In this document: positions 40,803 through 49,533 of the stretch, piece by piece
Numbering within the stretch: the first letter of the stretch is position 1
Layout of the letters: every line of letters begins with the position of its first letter
Virus record (IMG/VR): IMGVR_UViG_3300045135_000252
Location: 1 to 64,000 of that record
Origin: a virus
Length of the DNA stretch: 64,000 nt
Reading direction: 5' to 3' (one strand)
Position numbers and translations under genes: made by a program
Notes under the pieces: generated by a model
What the model saw: only the letters and a program-made list of their open reading frames with translations
Database searches by the model: none
Told to the model about the DNA's origin: nothing

Positions 40803-41707
40803 CAGTCGTCATCGCTCCACGCACTCACTACATCAGCGAGACTATTAGTTTCAGGTTTAGGTTCGGCTTTCTTTGCCTGACGCTTAACCGGCTTGGCTTC
40901 TTCTACTACCGGCTCTTCTTCCGGTTCGTCAGAATACACGATCTGCTCTGGTTCACTAGCAGGTAATGCAGTCACTTGATCTGTCTGCGCTGTAGTGATC
41001 TTCGTGTACATATCTGTATCTGGGTTCTTCTGCGCCGCGAGAACCAGCTCGTACTCCTCGTCAGACACCTGACGGATTGGCTTGAAGTTAAGCACATAAG
41101 TCTGGCTTTGGTTGTTAGGATCGTGAGCGATCTGCGTAACCACGGTATCTGGAGATTCTCCGTTACCCGCAAGGAACTTGGTGTAGCTCTCAAACGGATG
41201 CGTATTACCTACACCCTTACCGAACAATGACTTGGACGGAATCTTGAACTGATACACAGTACCTTTAGGATCACCCTCAACCATCACAGCGATGCGGCGC
41301 TGGAACTTACATGCACGGCGGCCACCGCTAGCAGAACCTTGTACATTCTGCGGGCATGTAGCGCATGCTGTTGACTGTGGATTTGAGCACCCTTCGTCAG
41401 GCACATCGCCTTTGTTAGACCAGCAATCAGGTAACGTAGGGTTCTCAGGGTCATACTGTGAGCCATAATACTCACGAGACACCTCTTTGATTGCACCTAC
41501 GATAATCACGTTAAGCGCATCGCGTACTGGGGCACCAGCCTGTTGGCCGTTAACAATGCGAACAAAGTCGCCAGAGTTACGTGCTTGGATACGACGAGTG
41601 TTAGACGTTGTAGATGCCGGAGCAAATACATCGCCCAACGCGCCTTTACGTGGAGTTGATACTGTTACGCCAGTATTGTTTTCAAAAATTGAGACTTGCT
41701 TGCTCAT
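40802..41707 (-). CDS. Single-stranded DNA-binding protein (probable)
   Basis: Start reassigned to MSKQ after AGAGGT RBS; Cys cluster; acidic tail ending WSDDD. Confidence 0.6.
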   Translation of the reverse strand: MSKQVSIFENNTGVTVSTPRKGALGDVFAPASTTSNTRRIQARNSGDFVRIVNGQQAGAPVRDALNVIIVGAIKEVSREYYGSQYDPENPTLPDCWSNKGDVPDEGCSNPQSTACATCPQNVQGSASGGRRACKFQRRIAVMVEGDPKGTVYQFKIPSKSLFGKGVGNTHPFESYTKFLAGNGESPDTVVTQIAHDPNNQSQTYVLNFKPIRQVSDEEYELVLAAQKNPDTDMYTKITTAQTDQVTALPASEPEQIVYSDEPEEEPVVEEAKPVKRQAKKAEPKPETNSLADVVSAWSDDD

Positions 41708-41717
41708 TGTGTACCTC

Positions 41718-42116
41718 TTATTTAGAAGTTGGTTTACGGACTTGCACGGTATATTTGCGGTCGGCTTGAAGCCCTGCTGGTAATACATCAGGGTTTTCCT
41801 CAAGGAATTGCTTCATGTTGCCGTTGTGGATTCTCTGCTCAAGCAGATGAGGAGCGTCATGTTCCTTAATTAGCTTGTACATAGCCTCCCAGTCACTCGT
41901 CCAATACCGTGACGTTATACGACGAGTGACCGTGCCTTCTGGGGTTTTGAAACCGTCTTGGCCGTTTTCCTCACATATTTCTAGTAAGGCTTGGCCTACG
42001 GAATCTAGTTGCTCTTTAAGAGCAGACATTTCTTCTTTGTGCTGGTGTTCTTTTTCGCGTATTGCATCACGAATTTTAAGATACACGGGCACAAGTTTAT
42101 CGGCTGGTGTTGCCAT
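41718..42116 (-). CDS. Replication-region coiled-coil protein
   Basis: 132 aa; first gene after the 42150 promoter. Confidence 0.65.
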   Translation of the reverse strand: MATPADKLVPVYLKIRDAIREKEHQHKEEMSALKEQLDSVGQALLEICEENGQDGFKTPEGTVTRRITSRYWTSDWEAMYKLIKEHDAPHLLEQRIHNGNMKQFLEENPDVLPAGLQADRKYTVQVRKPTSK

Positions 42117-42149
42117 AGTTAGTACCTCTTTTGGTTGACTCCATTAACA

Positions 42150-42177
42150 ACTATAGTGTTGTTTTTGACTTTGTCAA
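42150..42177 (-). promoter_or_regulatory. Sigma70 promoter for the SSB/primase operon
   Basis: TTGACA-16-TATAGT on the - strand. Confidence 0.7.
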
Positions 42178-43730
42178 GAACTTAATTCTTGTCTGTACAG
42201 GTCGATGATCTTCTCGTGATTGTTGATATTATTTTGGAGCATCTTGTACAGGCGTTCTTCTGTTGGGCTTCCTTTAACATGCACAATGGTCATAGCGTTC
42301 TTCTGCCCGGGGCGGTTGATACGCGCATTGGCTTGCAAGTAAGTCTCAACACTGGTGACTGGTGCATACCAGATAATCGTATTTGCCGCAGTCAAAGTGA
42401 GTCCATGCGACGCGGCTTGCGGTTGAATAAGTAGAACACGAGGTTCGGGCTGTTCTTGAAAACTTTGAACAATATCACTGCGCTTGTTGACAGAAACTTT
42501 GCCGTTAATAACCCCACACGTATAGCCTTTATCCTCAAGATAAGTGCGTAGTAACTCAATCGTGTGCGTAAAGGGAACGAAGACAAGCACTTTGTGTGAT
42601 GACTCATTGATAACTTCCTCGATAACTTTGAGGCGGTTGGATACATCAAACTCGATAACTTCACGGGTATCTGTGTATACACAACCACCTGATATTTGTA
42701 ATAGCTTATTCATCGCAGTCGCCGCATTGACCGCAGTTACGTACTCACCATCTGCTTCCATCATTAGCTGTTTCTTCAGCTCGATGTAATACTTCTCTTG
42801 TTGTTTGGTCAGCGGTGCATCTCGTTCTACGTGCGTAACTTCAGGCAGATCAAGACACTGATCTTTCTCAAACCGTATGGCTGGCTGTAACAATCTATGG
42901 ATGTAGTCCTGTGCTTTTGGCTTTGGCACCCACTTAAACTGTGTAACTTTGTACATCACAGAGTCACGGAAATGACTGTAGAACTTAGGGCAGTCTTTTG
43001 GATTTACTAGCTTAGCCAGACCATAGGCATCTAGTGGAGATTGTGCCGCTGGCGTACCTGTTAGCATCCACAACCACTCGGTGTTCTTCATGATGTTGCA
43101 GAGGACTTTCCAACGGTTAGTCTGCGGGTTCTTGTAGGCATTGGCTTCATCGACCACGATCATGTCGAACCCACCAGCCATAATCTCTTCTTTGACTACG
43201 TTGAGTCCGTCAAAGTTAATGACTACAAACTCAGAGCCAGCTTCGATAATCTTCTTACGCGCACGCTTGTCACCATATGCAACGGAACAGCTACGGTGCA
43301 TTGCAAACTTAAACAAGTCCTGCTGCCACGCTGATTTCATAATGGATAACGGGCAAATCACAAGCACGCGCTTTACGCGGCCTAGCTTCATCAGATAATC
43401 AGCCGCCCAGATTACTGATGCTGTCTTACCTGTACCCTGTTCGTTAAAGCAGAAAGCCTTCTTGTGTAGTGACAAGAACGATGCTGTTTCTTTTTGGTGA
43501 TCGAATGGTGTGAACTTGCCTGTCCATTCATAGTCGCGTTTGATGGTTGATGGCGGCTTCTTAAAAGGAAGAGTGGCAAGGGTCTGCATTTCATCGAGAC
43601 CCCAGTGTATAGCCACTGTATATACGTCATCGTCTTCTTTTTCTAAGATCGCGCTCTTTTTGATTGCATCCGTGATGAGTTGCGGATTGCGTGTCCGTAA
43701 TGTCAGGACTTTATTTTCTACGACTTCCAT
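42174..43730 (-). CDS. SNF2-family (SF2) helicase
   Basis: EQGTGKT, VVDEA, LTGTP, HGLTL, QANARINRPGQ. Confidence 0.9.
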   Translation of the reverse strand: MEVVENKVLTLRTRNPQLITDAIKKSAILEKEDDDVYTVAIHWGLDEMQTLATLPFKKPPSTIKRDYEWTGKFTPFDHQKETASFLSLHKKAFCFNEQGTGKTASVIWAADYLMKLGRVKRVLVICPLSIMKSAWQQDLFKFAMHRSCSVAYGDKRARKKIIEAGSEFVVINFDGLNVVKEEIMAGGFDMIVVDEANAYKNPQTNRWKVLCNIMKNTEWLWMLTGTPAAQSPLDAYGLAKLVNPKDCPKFYSHFRDSVMYKVTQFKWVPKPKAQDYIHRLLQPAIRFEKDQCLDLPEVTHVERDAPLTKQQEKYYIELKKQLMMEADGEYVTAVNAATAMNKLLQISGGCVYTDTREVIEFDVSNRLKVIEEVINESSHKVLVFVPFTHTIELLRTYLEDKGYTCGVINGKVSVNKRSDIVQSFQEQPEPRVLLIQPQAASHGLTLTAANTIIWYAPVTSVETYLQANARINRPGQKNAMTIVHVKGSPTEERLYKMLQNNINNHEKIIDLYRQELSS

Positions 43731-43998
43731 TCTTTTTGACTGACCTATCGCTGTTGCGAGAGAACGAACGGTTTGCCGATGCGCTCTTTACTCGCAGGTT
43801 ACCTTTACCGTTAGACCCGCCCTTTGAAATAGGTTTCTTATGGTCTACATCTTTGCCGTCGCCTTTCTTTACGCGACCTTCTCTTTCTAATTTCCGTCTA
43901 GCGGCGTTGCGCTTAGCGCGATTCTTTTTCTGTTCCTCTGTGCCACCGTACTGTTCGTACTCTTTCTTGTACGGGCGTTTCTTGTTTACATACGGCAT
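43711..43998 (-). CDS. Small HNH endonuclease-like protein
   Basis: DVDHKKPISKGG.N...NLR...ANRS. Confidence 0.7.
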   Translation of the reverse strand: MPYVNKKRPYKKEYEQYGGTEEQKKNRAKRNAARRKLEREGRVKKGDGKDVDHKKPISKGGSNGKGNLRVKSASANRSFSRNSDRSVKKNGSRRK

Positions 43999-44008
43999 TG
44001 CTTTGTCC

Positions 44009-44674
44009 TCAGCGTTTGGAGTTATGCTCACAGTGTACTACAGGGCAAAAACGGCACAACGGGCCAGATATAGGGTTCCATACCCCTGAGTCCTCTGCAC
44101 CCGTTAGTCTATCAAGCAATGGGTTAAAGGTCTCGAAATACTTGTTGCGATCTTCGATGTAATGATCTTTCTTTATAAATTCGTTACTAACCACAAAGCA
44201 CAGAGCTGATTTGATCTTCTTGAGCTGTGGAAAGTGAACAAAAAGTGCGGCGGCCACAATGTCTAGCTGTTTAGTATCCGCGTACTTAGCGCTCTTACTG
44301 GTCTTGTAGTCCACGGAGTAAGCGGTATCGCCTTGGATAATCACCAAGTCAGCGATGCCACGCCACCAAACTTCCTTATCAAAGAAGCCACACGGTGCGT
44401 AATCATCATCCGTCAGCTTCAGGCCGAGCTTCATCTCGCAGTGCTTATCGCCTTCGATTTTGTTTAAGGCTTCTAGCGTACCCCTAAGATATGCGAATCG
44501 TTCGGGTACCGGGGTACCTAACTTGATGAAGTCTTCAGCCGCTTTATGCACTTCTTGTCCATAAATAGTGGCCTCACTACCTTGGTCTTTGACATCTTTC
44601 ACTACCTTCAGATGAAAGTATTTCTTCGGGCATTGCTCAAATGTCTTGAGACTACTGTAAGACCACGTTGTCAC
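44009..44674 (-). CDS. PD-(D/E)xK RecB/Cas4-like exonuclease
   Basis: SYSSL..FEQCP, GIADL, VDYKT, QL, C-terminal CRFCP...C. Confidence 0.85.
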   Translation of the reverse strand: MTTWSYSSLKTFEQCPKKYFHLKVVKDVKDQGSEATIYGQEVHKAAEDFIKLGTPVPERFAYLRGTLEALNKIEGDKHCEMKLGLKLTDDDYAPCGFFDKEVWWRGIADLVIIQGDTAYSVDYKTSKSAKYADTKQLDIVAAALFVHFPQLKKIKSALCFVVSNEFIKKDHYIEDRNKYFETFNPLLDRLTGAEDSGVWNPISGPLCRFCPVVHCEHNSKR

Positions 44675-44892
44675 TATTTGTCCTCCGTTTCTACGTCTTC
44701 TACTACATGTAGAAACTTAATCTTTGGGGTATCCTGCCGTAAATTATGGTACTCCAACTGTACTTTAGCAGAGTTAATCATCTTACCTGCTAAGTTAGAC
44801 ATTTCCGCAACGGTTTTGGTTTCTAGATTTCCCTGCGAAAGCATTTCAAACGCATTTGCTAGGTGTTCTCTTAGTTCAACTACATTTTTCAT
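44674..44892 (-). CDS. Hypothetical protein
   Basis: 72 aa, GKMINSAKVQLEY; coupled to both neighbours. Confidence 0.65.
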   Translation of the reverse strand: MKNVVELREHLANAFEMLSQGNLETKTVAEMSNLAGKMINSAKVQLEYHNLRQDTPKIKFLHVVEDVETEDK

Positions 44893-45413
44893 TTCGTGAT
44901 TTCCTTTAAATATCGGTTTATTTTAATAAGCTCTTTGTAAGCCAGCGCCAAACTATCCGGTATTTCGTGCGACGACATACTAGATTTGCACACCATAAGC
45001 TGTTTAACGTAGCTTAAATGAAGCTCATCTACTCGGGCTCTAGAATGCTTATCGTTTAGTCTTTTAAACATTTCAGCATTTCTAGCTTTATAGTTAGCTT
45101 GAGTTTGTTTGTACTTTTCTGTCCGCCTATACTTCTCCCCTCGTAATTTATCTTGAAGTTTATTTTTTTCGTAATTAGCAAGCCTCCAGTCTTTTTTCTG
45201 CTTACGGACTTTCTCTGGGTTTTCTAACAAAGCAGTCCTTTTTATTAACCTATTGCAGCTTTTGCAGTAACTCGACACTTTGTATCTCATTTTTGCGTCG
45301 TAGCTAAACTCAGAAAAACTTTTATAGACCTTACACTTTGAGCATCTTTTGTAGTTAAACCCGCCAGCCTCTACGTAAATTTCTAGACTCTTCGCGCCCA
45401 TAACATTACTCAT
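44889..45413 (-). CDS. Basic zinc-finger protein (HNH-associated-like), AT-rich
   Basis: CSKC..YKSFSEF...YCKSC; Lys-rich. Confidence 0.6.
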   Translation of the reverse strand: MSNVMGAKSLEIYVEAGGFNYKRCSKCKVYKSFSEFSYDAKMRYKVSSYCKSCNRLIKRTALLENPEKVRKQKKDWRLANYEKNKLQDKLRGEKYRRTEKYKQTQANYKARNAEMFKRLNDKHSRARVDELHLSYVKQLMVCKSSMSSHEIPDSLALAYKELIKINRYLKEITK

Positions 45414-45582
45414 CCTTTGTCTTTATATAGTTGTATGGGTCGATCTGCTTCCACATCATCTTTTGTAGTGCATCAACATATGCATCGTATGTAGCTTCTA
45501 CAAACTCCTGCTGTTTATCGCTAGGGATAAACAGCTCTTGGAACTCATGCGGAGTGCAGTCGATCTCAATTTTTACCTTCAT
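45406..45582 (-). CDS. Small protein, DUF6489-like (58 aa, not in ORF track)
   Basis: MKVKIEIDCTPHEFQELF...; fills the gap between neighbours. Confidence 0.6.
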   Translation of the reverse strand: MKVKIEIDCTPHEFQELFIPSDKQQEFVEATYDAYVDALQKMMWKQIDPYNYIKTKDE

Positions 45583-45976
45583 TCAGCTTCTCCAAGCGCT
45601 TGATCTCTGCCTCTGCGTAGAACTTAATCTTCTTCGCATCACGTAGCATCTTGCTATGCGCCACTTCACCGTAGCGGTAGCATGCGCGGAATATCTCGCC
45701 TATTTGGGCATTCATATTCTTGTGCGAAATCAAATCTTGCAGTTCTTTTGCACCGTTTGGCAATACGTAGTAGTCAGCCGAACTTCCGTCTGAGACAGTA
45801 TGAGACGGTATGCGTCTAACAGGTTCGACTAAAGTATTAGTAGAATCTTTTACTTTACGCATGATTTTGTAGGCGTATCCGTATGTAGTACCCATAGCCT
45901 TTGCTATTTCTGCTGGTTTAGCAGTAGGGTTTGCCTTTACGTACTTCGTTACTTTCTGTGCTTTAGTCATTTTCAT
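45566..45976 (-). CDS. HTH plus DUF3310-like protein
   Basis: PAEIAKAMG..YGYAY; GEIFRACYRYG...DAKKIKFYA. Confidence 0.55.
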   Translation of the reverse strand: MKMTKAQKVTKYVKANPTAKPAEIAKAMGTTYGYAYKIMRKVKDSTNTLVEPVRRIPSHTVSDGSSADYYVLPNGAKELQDLISHKNMNAQIGEIFRACYRYGEVAHSKMLRDAKKIKFYAEAEIKRLEKLNEGKN

Positions 45977-46217
45977 TTGAGTTACCTCTCTTTTTAGTCC
46001 ATTTAGTTATTTCCTCCTCAAGGTGTCTATCTACGATGTAGCCCTTAAACGGAGGATTCAGTAGGCTTTCGCCCCTTTGTCTATACGATCTGGCCTTGGC
46101 CTCGTCGTCTAGCATCTCGTATTCCTCTGCGAGGAATAAGTACCACTTTGCGGCACTTTCGATTGTGATCCCCATGCTTTCCATAAGGTCACGCTCAACT
46201 GTTGGTAGCTTTCCCAT
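45963..46217 (-). CDS. Hypothetical protein
   Basis: 84 aa in an overlapping gene chain. Confidence 0.55.
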   Translation of the reverse strand: MGKLPTVERDLMESMGITIESAAKWYLFLAEEYEMLDDEAKARSYRQRGESLLNPPFKGYIVDRHLEEEITKWTKKRGNSNEND

Positions 46218-46398
46218 CTTCGTATCCCATCCTGTATGCTGTTTCTAAAATAGTCATAAGCTCTGTCTTATAGTTGTATTCGACTTCTTCTATTACGGCC
46301 ATTGGGTGTTCCATTCTGAATTTACGCATCTGTGGTGCGCTTGGAGCGTAGGCCACCTTGCCCGTCTCCAAATCTTTACAGAACCAAAATTTCTTCAA
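46195..46398 (-). CDS. Hypothetical protein
   Basis: 67 aa in an overlapping gene chain. Confidence 0.55.
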   Translation of the reverse strand: MKKFWFCKDLETGKVAYAPSAPQMRKFRMEHPMAVIEEVEYNYKTELMTILETAYRMGYEDGKATNS

Positions 46399-46595
46399 GC
46401 CCCGAACCTCTTCGCATGAATGACCTCTGGGAAGTTAAAACTCCGTTCGTACCGATGCGAGTATCTCGCTACCATCTGCTCGATTACTCTGTAGCTCCTA
46501 CCAAAATGTTCTGCGGTTTCTTTAACAGACCGCCCTCTGCTCCAGTAGGTCATGATTTCCTCAATCGTTGCTTCTGAATGTTTCTTTGGATTCAT
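46395..46595 (-). CDS. Small HTH-like protein
   Basis: GRSVKETAEHFGRSYRVI; start reassigned to MNPKK. Confidence 0.55.
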   Translation of the reverse strand: MNPKKHSEATIEEIMTYWSRGRSVKETAEHFGRSYRVIEQMVARYSHRYERSFNFPEVIHAKRFGA

Positions 46596-46683
46596 CTTTC
46601 TTTTTCTTCCCGAATATCCGATCAAAATTTTCTTCAAACTTCTGCTTGTCCGTTGGACGTTGCTTACTGCCTTTCCCTGCCAT
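46561..46683 (-). CDS. Small basic peptide (40 aa, not in ORF track)
   Basis: MAGKGSKQRPTDKQKFEENFDRIFG; start overlaps the polA stop. Confidence 0.6.
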   Translation of the reverse strand: MAGKGSKQRPTDKQKFEENFDRIFGKKKKDESKETFRSND

Positions 46684-48509
46684 TACTTACAATCTCCATA
46701 TGAGTCGCCAACACCAGACTCGCAATCAAGCGGTAGCTCTAGTGCCCACTTGGGTCGCATCCGCATACACATCTCGACATATTCACGGGCTGTGTCAGCT
46801 TCGTCTTCCGGAACCAGACAGCATATCGCATCGTGTACCGTCATAACGACTTGGTACTTCTTTGCTACACGTAACATCTGCTCACCGATAACGATACGGG
46901 CTAGTGCTTGGCACACGTTTTCCACAACTTTTCCACCGTAGATACGGTTAGGTATAGTGGCTCGGCCTTTCTTGGTGTCGTACACCAATTCATCGCGTCC
47001 TTCCTCGTTGACTTGTCGTCTCAGATTTGGATACTTGATATAGAACCCGTTAGGGAGACGGATACCGTGTTTTCCCTCCACGGTTAAAGCTAACCCTCTC
47101 CCTAGCGGGGACGTTGCGTCTCGCTCGATAGCGTTTAGCGCATCACCTGCGGCACGCCAAAGCAAGGGAATCTGCGGGTAAGTCTCTCGGTATACTCTGA
47201 TAATCCGTTGACATTCATCTGCGGGTAAATCGACACCAAAGGTTTTTAACTGCGTACCAAACTTGGCCGCACCCATGCCGTAACCTGCACCAAGGATTGT
47301 TGTCTTGCCGACAAACCGTTCGTCCTTCGTGATCTCCTCCACTTCCTTGCCGTAGATGGCGGAAGCCATAATCTTGTACACATCTTCGCCTTTGTCGAAA
47401 GCGTCTACGAGATCGTCTTGCCCTGCTAGCCATGCGAGCGTCCTTGCTTCGATCTGTGATGAATCTGAATCAATCAGTTTATACCCAATCGGTGCTTCCA
47501 TCGCCATTTTGATAGCTGATGTACGGGGTAGGTTTTGCAGGTTTACTTTGTCGTCTCCGCCCCATCTACCTGTGTGCGCCGCATAGTAGCGTAGTGGTAT
47601 GGGCAACGTGCCGCGATCCGCGATCTCAATAAAGCGTTGAGTACGGGTTTCTTCAATCGTCGATTTGACACCAAGCCTCGCTGAGACAAGAGCTTGTACT
47701 GCTTCGTTCTCATGTTCTAAGAGCGCCTTGAACGCTTCATCCGCCTTTGCGAACGCAAACGTTTCTTTACCCGTTGTAGGACTAACCTTCGTTGGCGGCT
47801 CGACTCCGCAAGCTCTAAGAGCTTTCGCAAATTTATCATTGCTCATTAACTCCTCACGACTCTGAGTAATCATGCTCATCAGTCGGGCTTTGTTTTCTTT
47901 AACGTGCTGTAAGTGTTCTTGCAGTATGTGTTTGTTTAGCTCAATACAAGGCTTAGTAAACATACGTAGAGTGAGATCAATGAGATTAAGCTCACTAACA
48001 GGAAACCTTTTAATAAGGATTTCAAAAAGCGCATAGGTCAAGTCCACATCGTTAATACAGTATCCAGCATATGCTTGTAGCTGTGCCTTTGGAAAGTCCA
48101 GACGCTTTAGTCCTAACGCATTAACTACTTCAGTGCCCTTCTTACCTAAACCGTAATACTGGGTTAGTGCGGCCAGACTTCCACCTACCTCAATAGTGTG
48201 AAGCGCCCGTGCCATGCACAGCGTATCTGCTAACTTCTTTGGGTGTATATCGAAATGCCACGCCATAATTGCAAAGTCGAACATTCCGTTGTGGGCAAGA
48301 GCAATGTTGTCTTCCCACGGGAACTGATCTAGCCACCGCTGTGTTTGCGCCTTAGTTCCGCTAAACCACTCAGTTTCTTCGTCGTTCTTCTTTACAGCTA
48401 CGCCGATAACCTCAAAGCGAGGGTCACGTATGTATTCTTCTGTTGTTAGTTTGTTGAGTCCGTAGTCCTTCGCGTAATACGTCTCGAAATCAATCGTATA
48501 AATATCCAT
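46683..48509 (-). CDS. polA: DNA polymerase family A with 3'-5' exonuclease
   Basis: DFET, HNGMFD, YCINDV exo motifs; TGRW, NLQNLP, motif A DSSQIEAR, motif B KTTILGAGYG, motif C VHD. Confidence 0.95.
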   Translation of the reverse strand: MDIYTIDFETYYAKDYGLNKLTTEEYIRDPRFEVIGVAVKKNDEETEWFSGTKAQTQRWLDQFPWEDNIALAHNGMFDFAIMAWHFDIHPKKLADTLCMARALHTIEVGGSLAALTQYYGLGKKGTEVVNALGLKRLDFPKAQLQAYAGYCINDVDLTYALFEILIKRFPVSELNLIDLTLRMFTKPCIELNKHILQEHLQHVKENKARLMSMITQSREELMSNDKFAKALRACGVEPPTKVSPTTGKETFAFAKADEAFKALLEHENEAVQALVSARLGVKSTIEETRTQRFIEIADRGTLPIPLRYYAAHTGRWGGDDKVNLQNLPRTSAIKMAMEAPIGYKLIDSDSSQIEARTLAWLAGQDDLVDAFDKGEDVYKIMASAIYGKEVEEITKDERFVGKTTILGAGYGMGAAKFGTQLKTFGVDLPADECQRIIRVYRETYPQIPLLWRAAGDALNAIERDATSPLGRGLALTVEGKHGIRLPNGFYIKYPNLRRQVNEEGRDELVYDTKKGRATIPNRIYGGKVVENVCQALARIVIGEQMLRVAKKYQVVMTVHDAICCLVPEDEADTAREYVEMCMRMRPKWALELPLDCESGVGDSYGDCK

Positions 48510-48534
48510 TGGCTCTTTGCGACCTTGCTATGCG

Positions 48535-48963
48535 TTAGGTGTTGGGGTCGGAACTGTCATCAACCTTTGACTGGATGAAGTCAGAAGCGCATTTCGATAA
48601 GCTACGTGCGACTTCGGTAGTCGTGAAAGGTATTGTCCTTTGACTATTACCACCAAACTTAACCCCGCCCCTAGGTGTAGGGCGGTCTTGATCCCGCAAT
48701 AGTTCGTTCATGATGCGCTGAGTAGTCAGATCACCTTGGACATACATTAGTTTCTTGAATACTTCTCCGACTTCTTCGTCAGATAGGAAACCAAGCAGGA
48801 AGCACGGCTCTTTGCGAATGATCGCCTCGGCACGTTCCATAAGTGGTCTTACGATGAACTCCCAACGCTTTTCAGGGTTAAGCTGTGTAGCTCTGAACGT
48901 CAGGTCAAATTCTTCAGGATGGCTCTCCATACGAGCCATGAGAATCTCCATGCTCTTGTGCAT
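48535..48963 (-). CDS. Hypothetical protein
   Basis: 142 aa; AGAGGTAA RBS. Confidence 0.6.
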   Translation of the reverse strand: MHKSMEILMARMESHPEEFDLTFRATQLNPEKRWEFIVRPLMERAEAIIRKEPCFLLGFLSDEEVGEVFKKLMYVQGDLTTQRIMNELLRDQDRPTPRGGVKFGGNSQRTIPFTTTEVARSLSKCASDFIQSKVDDSSDPNT

Positions 48964-49243
48964 AAGTAATTACCTCTAATACTTCAACGATATTATCTTC
49001 GTTTATAACTCTGGTTATGCCGCCCGCACTCCGTATGTCTCGCATCTCTTTTTCTTGTAGTGCAGTTGGCTTATTGCTACCTGCCTTGCACTCAATGCCG
49101 ATGAAGACACCGTTGCAACAACAGATAATGTCAGGCACACCGCTACGTCCATACCCGTGCGTAGCAGGGAAGAAGTAGTACACGCCATGTTCCTTGAGAA
49201 CCTTAACGATCTTGTCTTTTACTTTCTTTTCAGGTGTAGCCAT
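48914..49243 (-). CDS. VRR-NUC nuclease (Holliday junction resolvase-like)
   Basis: PEKKV, GVPDII, GIECKA, PTALQ. Confidence 0.85.
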   Translation of the reverse strand: MATPEKKVKDKIVKVLKEHGVYYFFPATHGYGRSGVPDIICCCNGVFIGIECKAGSNKPTALQEKEMRDIRSAGGITRVINEDNIVEVLEVITYAQEHGDSHGSYGEPS

Positions 49244-49249
49244 AGGTCA

Positions 49250-49278
49250 ACGGTAACTGTCATTTTTGGCAATGTCAA
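49250..49278 (-). promoter_or_regulatory. Sigma70 promoter, probably leaderless, for the VRR-NUC/polA operon
   Basis: TTGACA-17-TACCGT with the ATG 7 nt downstream of the -10. Confidence 0.6.
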
Positions 49279-49339
49279 ATACTTTTTTGGGGTGATCCGA
49301 CTAACAAATGTTAGTCCGACCTGTTCGTTGTATAGACGT

Positions 49340-49363
49340 AAAAAAGCCCCGACTAGCGGGGCT
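49340..49363 (-). terminator. Intrinsic terminator ending the early operon
   Basis: AGCCCCG stem followed by TTTTT on the - strand. Confidence 0.8.
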
Positions 49364-49368
49364 TCGAT

Positions 49369-49533
49369 TCACTGTTGTGATTCAGCGTAATTCGTAAGTA
49401 CAGTCCGAATCATCTTCGTGTAGTTAGGCCATTGCTTGTAGTAGTCAAGCACTTCCTGCGGTATACGCACGTTTACGTGTACCAGTGTAGGGGCTTTCTG
49501 TTTTCCGCGCCCCTTCCGTTTAGGTTGCTCCAT
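49369..49533 (-). CDS. Ribbon-helix-helix (BrnA-like) DNA-binding protein (54 aa, not in ORF track)
   Basis: RKGRGKQK...VHVNVRIPQEVLDYYK...YTKMIRTVL; GGAGG RBS. Confidence 0.65.
   Translation of the reverse strand: MEQPKRKGRGKQKAPTLVHVNVRIPQEVLDYYKQWPNYTKMIRTVLTNYAESQQ

Noticed and set aside
44009-44674. Cas4 as part of a CRISPR system
   Set aside because: Stand-alone RecB-like nuclease in a replication operon; no other cas genes or array
49369-49533. BrnT/BrnA toxin-antitoxin pair
   Set aside because: No adjacent small RNase toxin gene recognised
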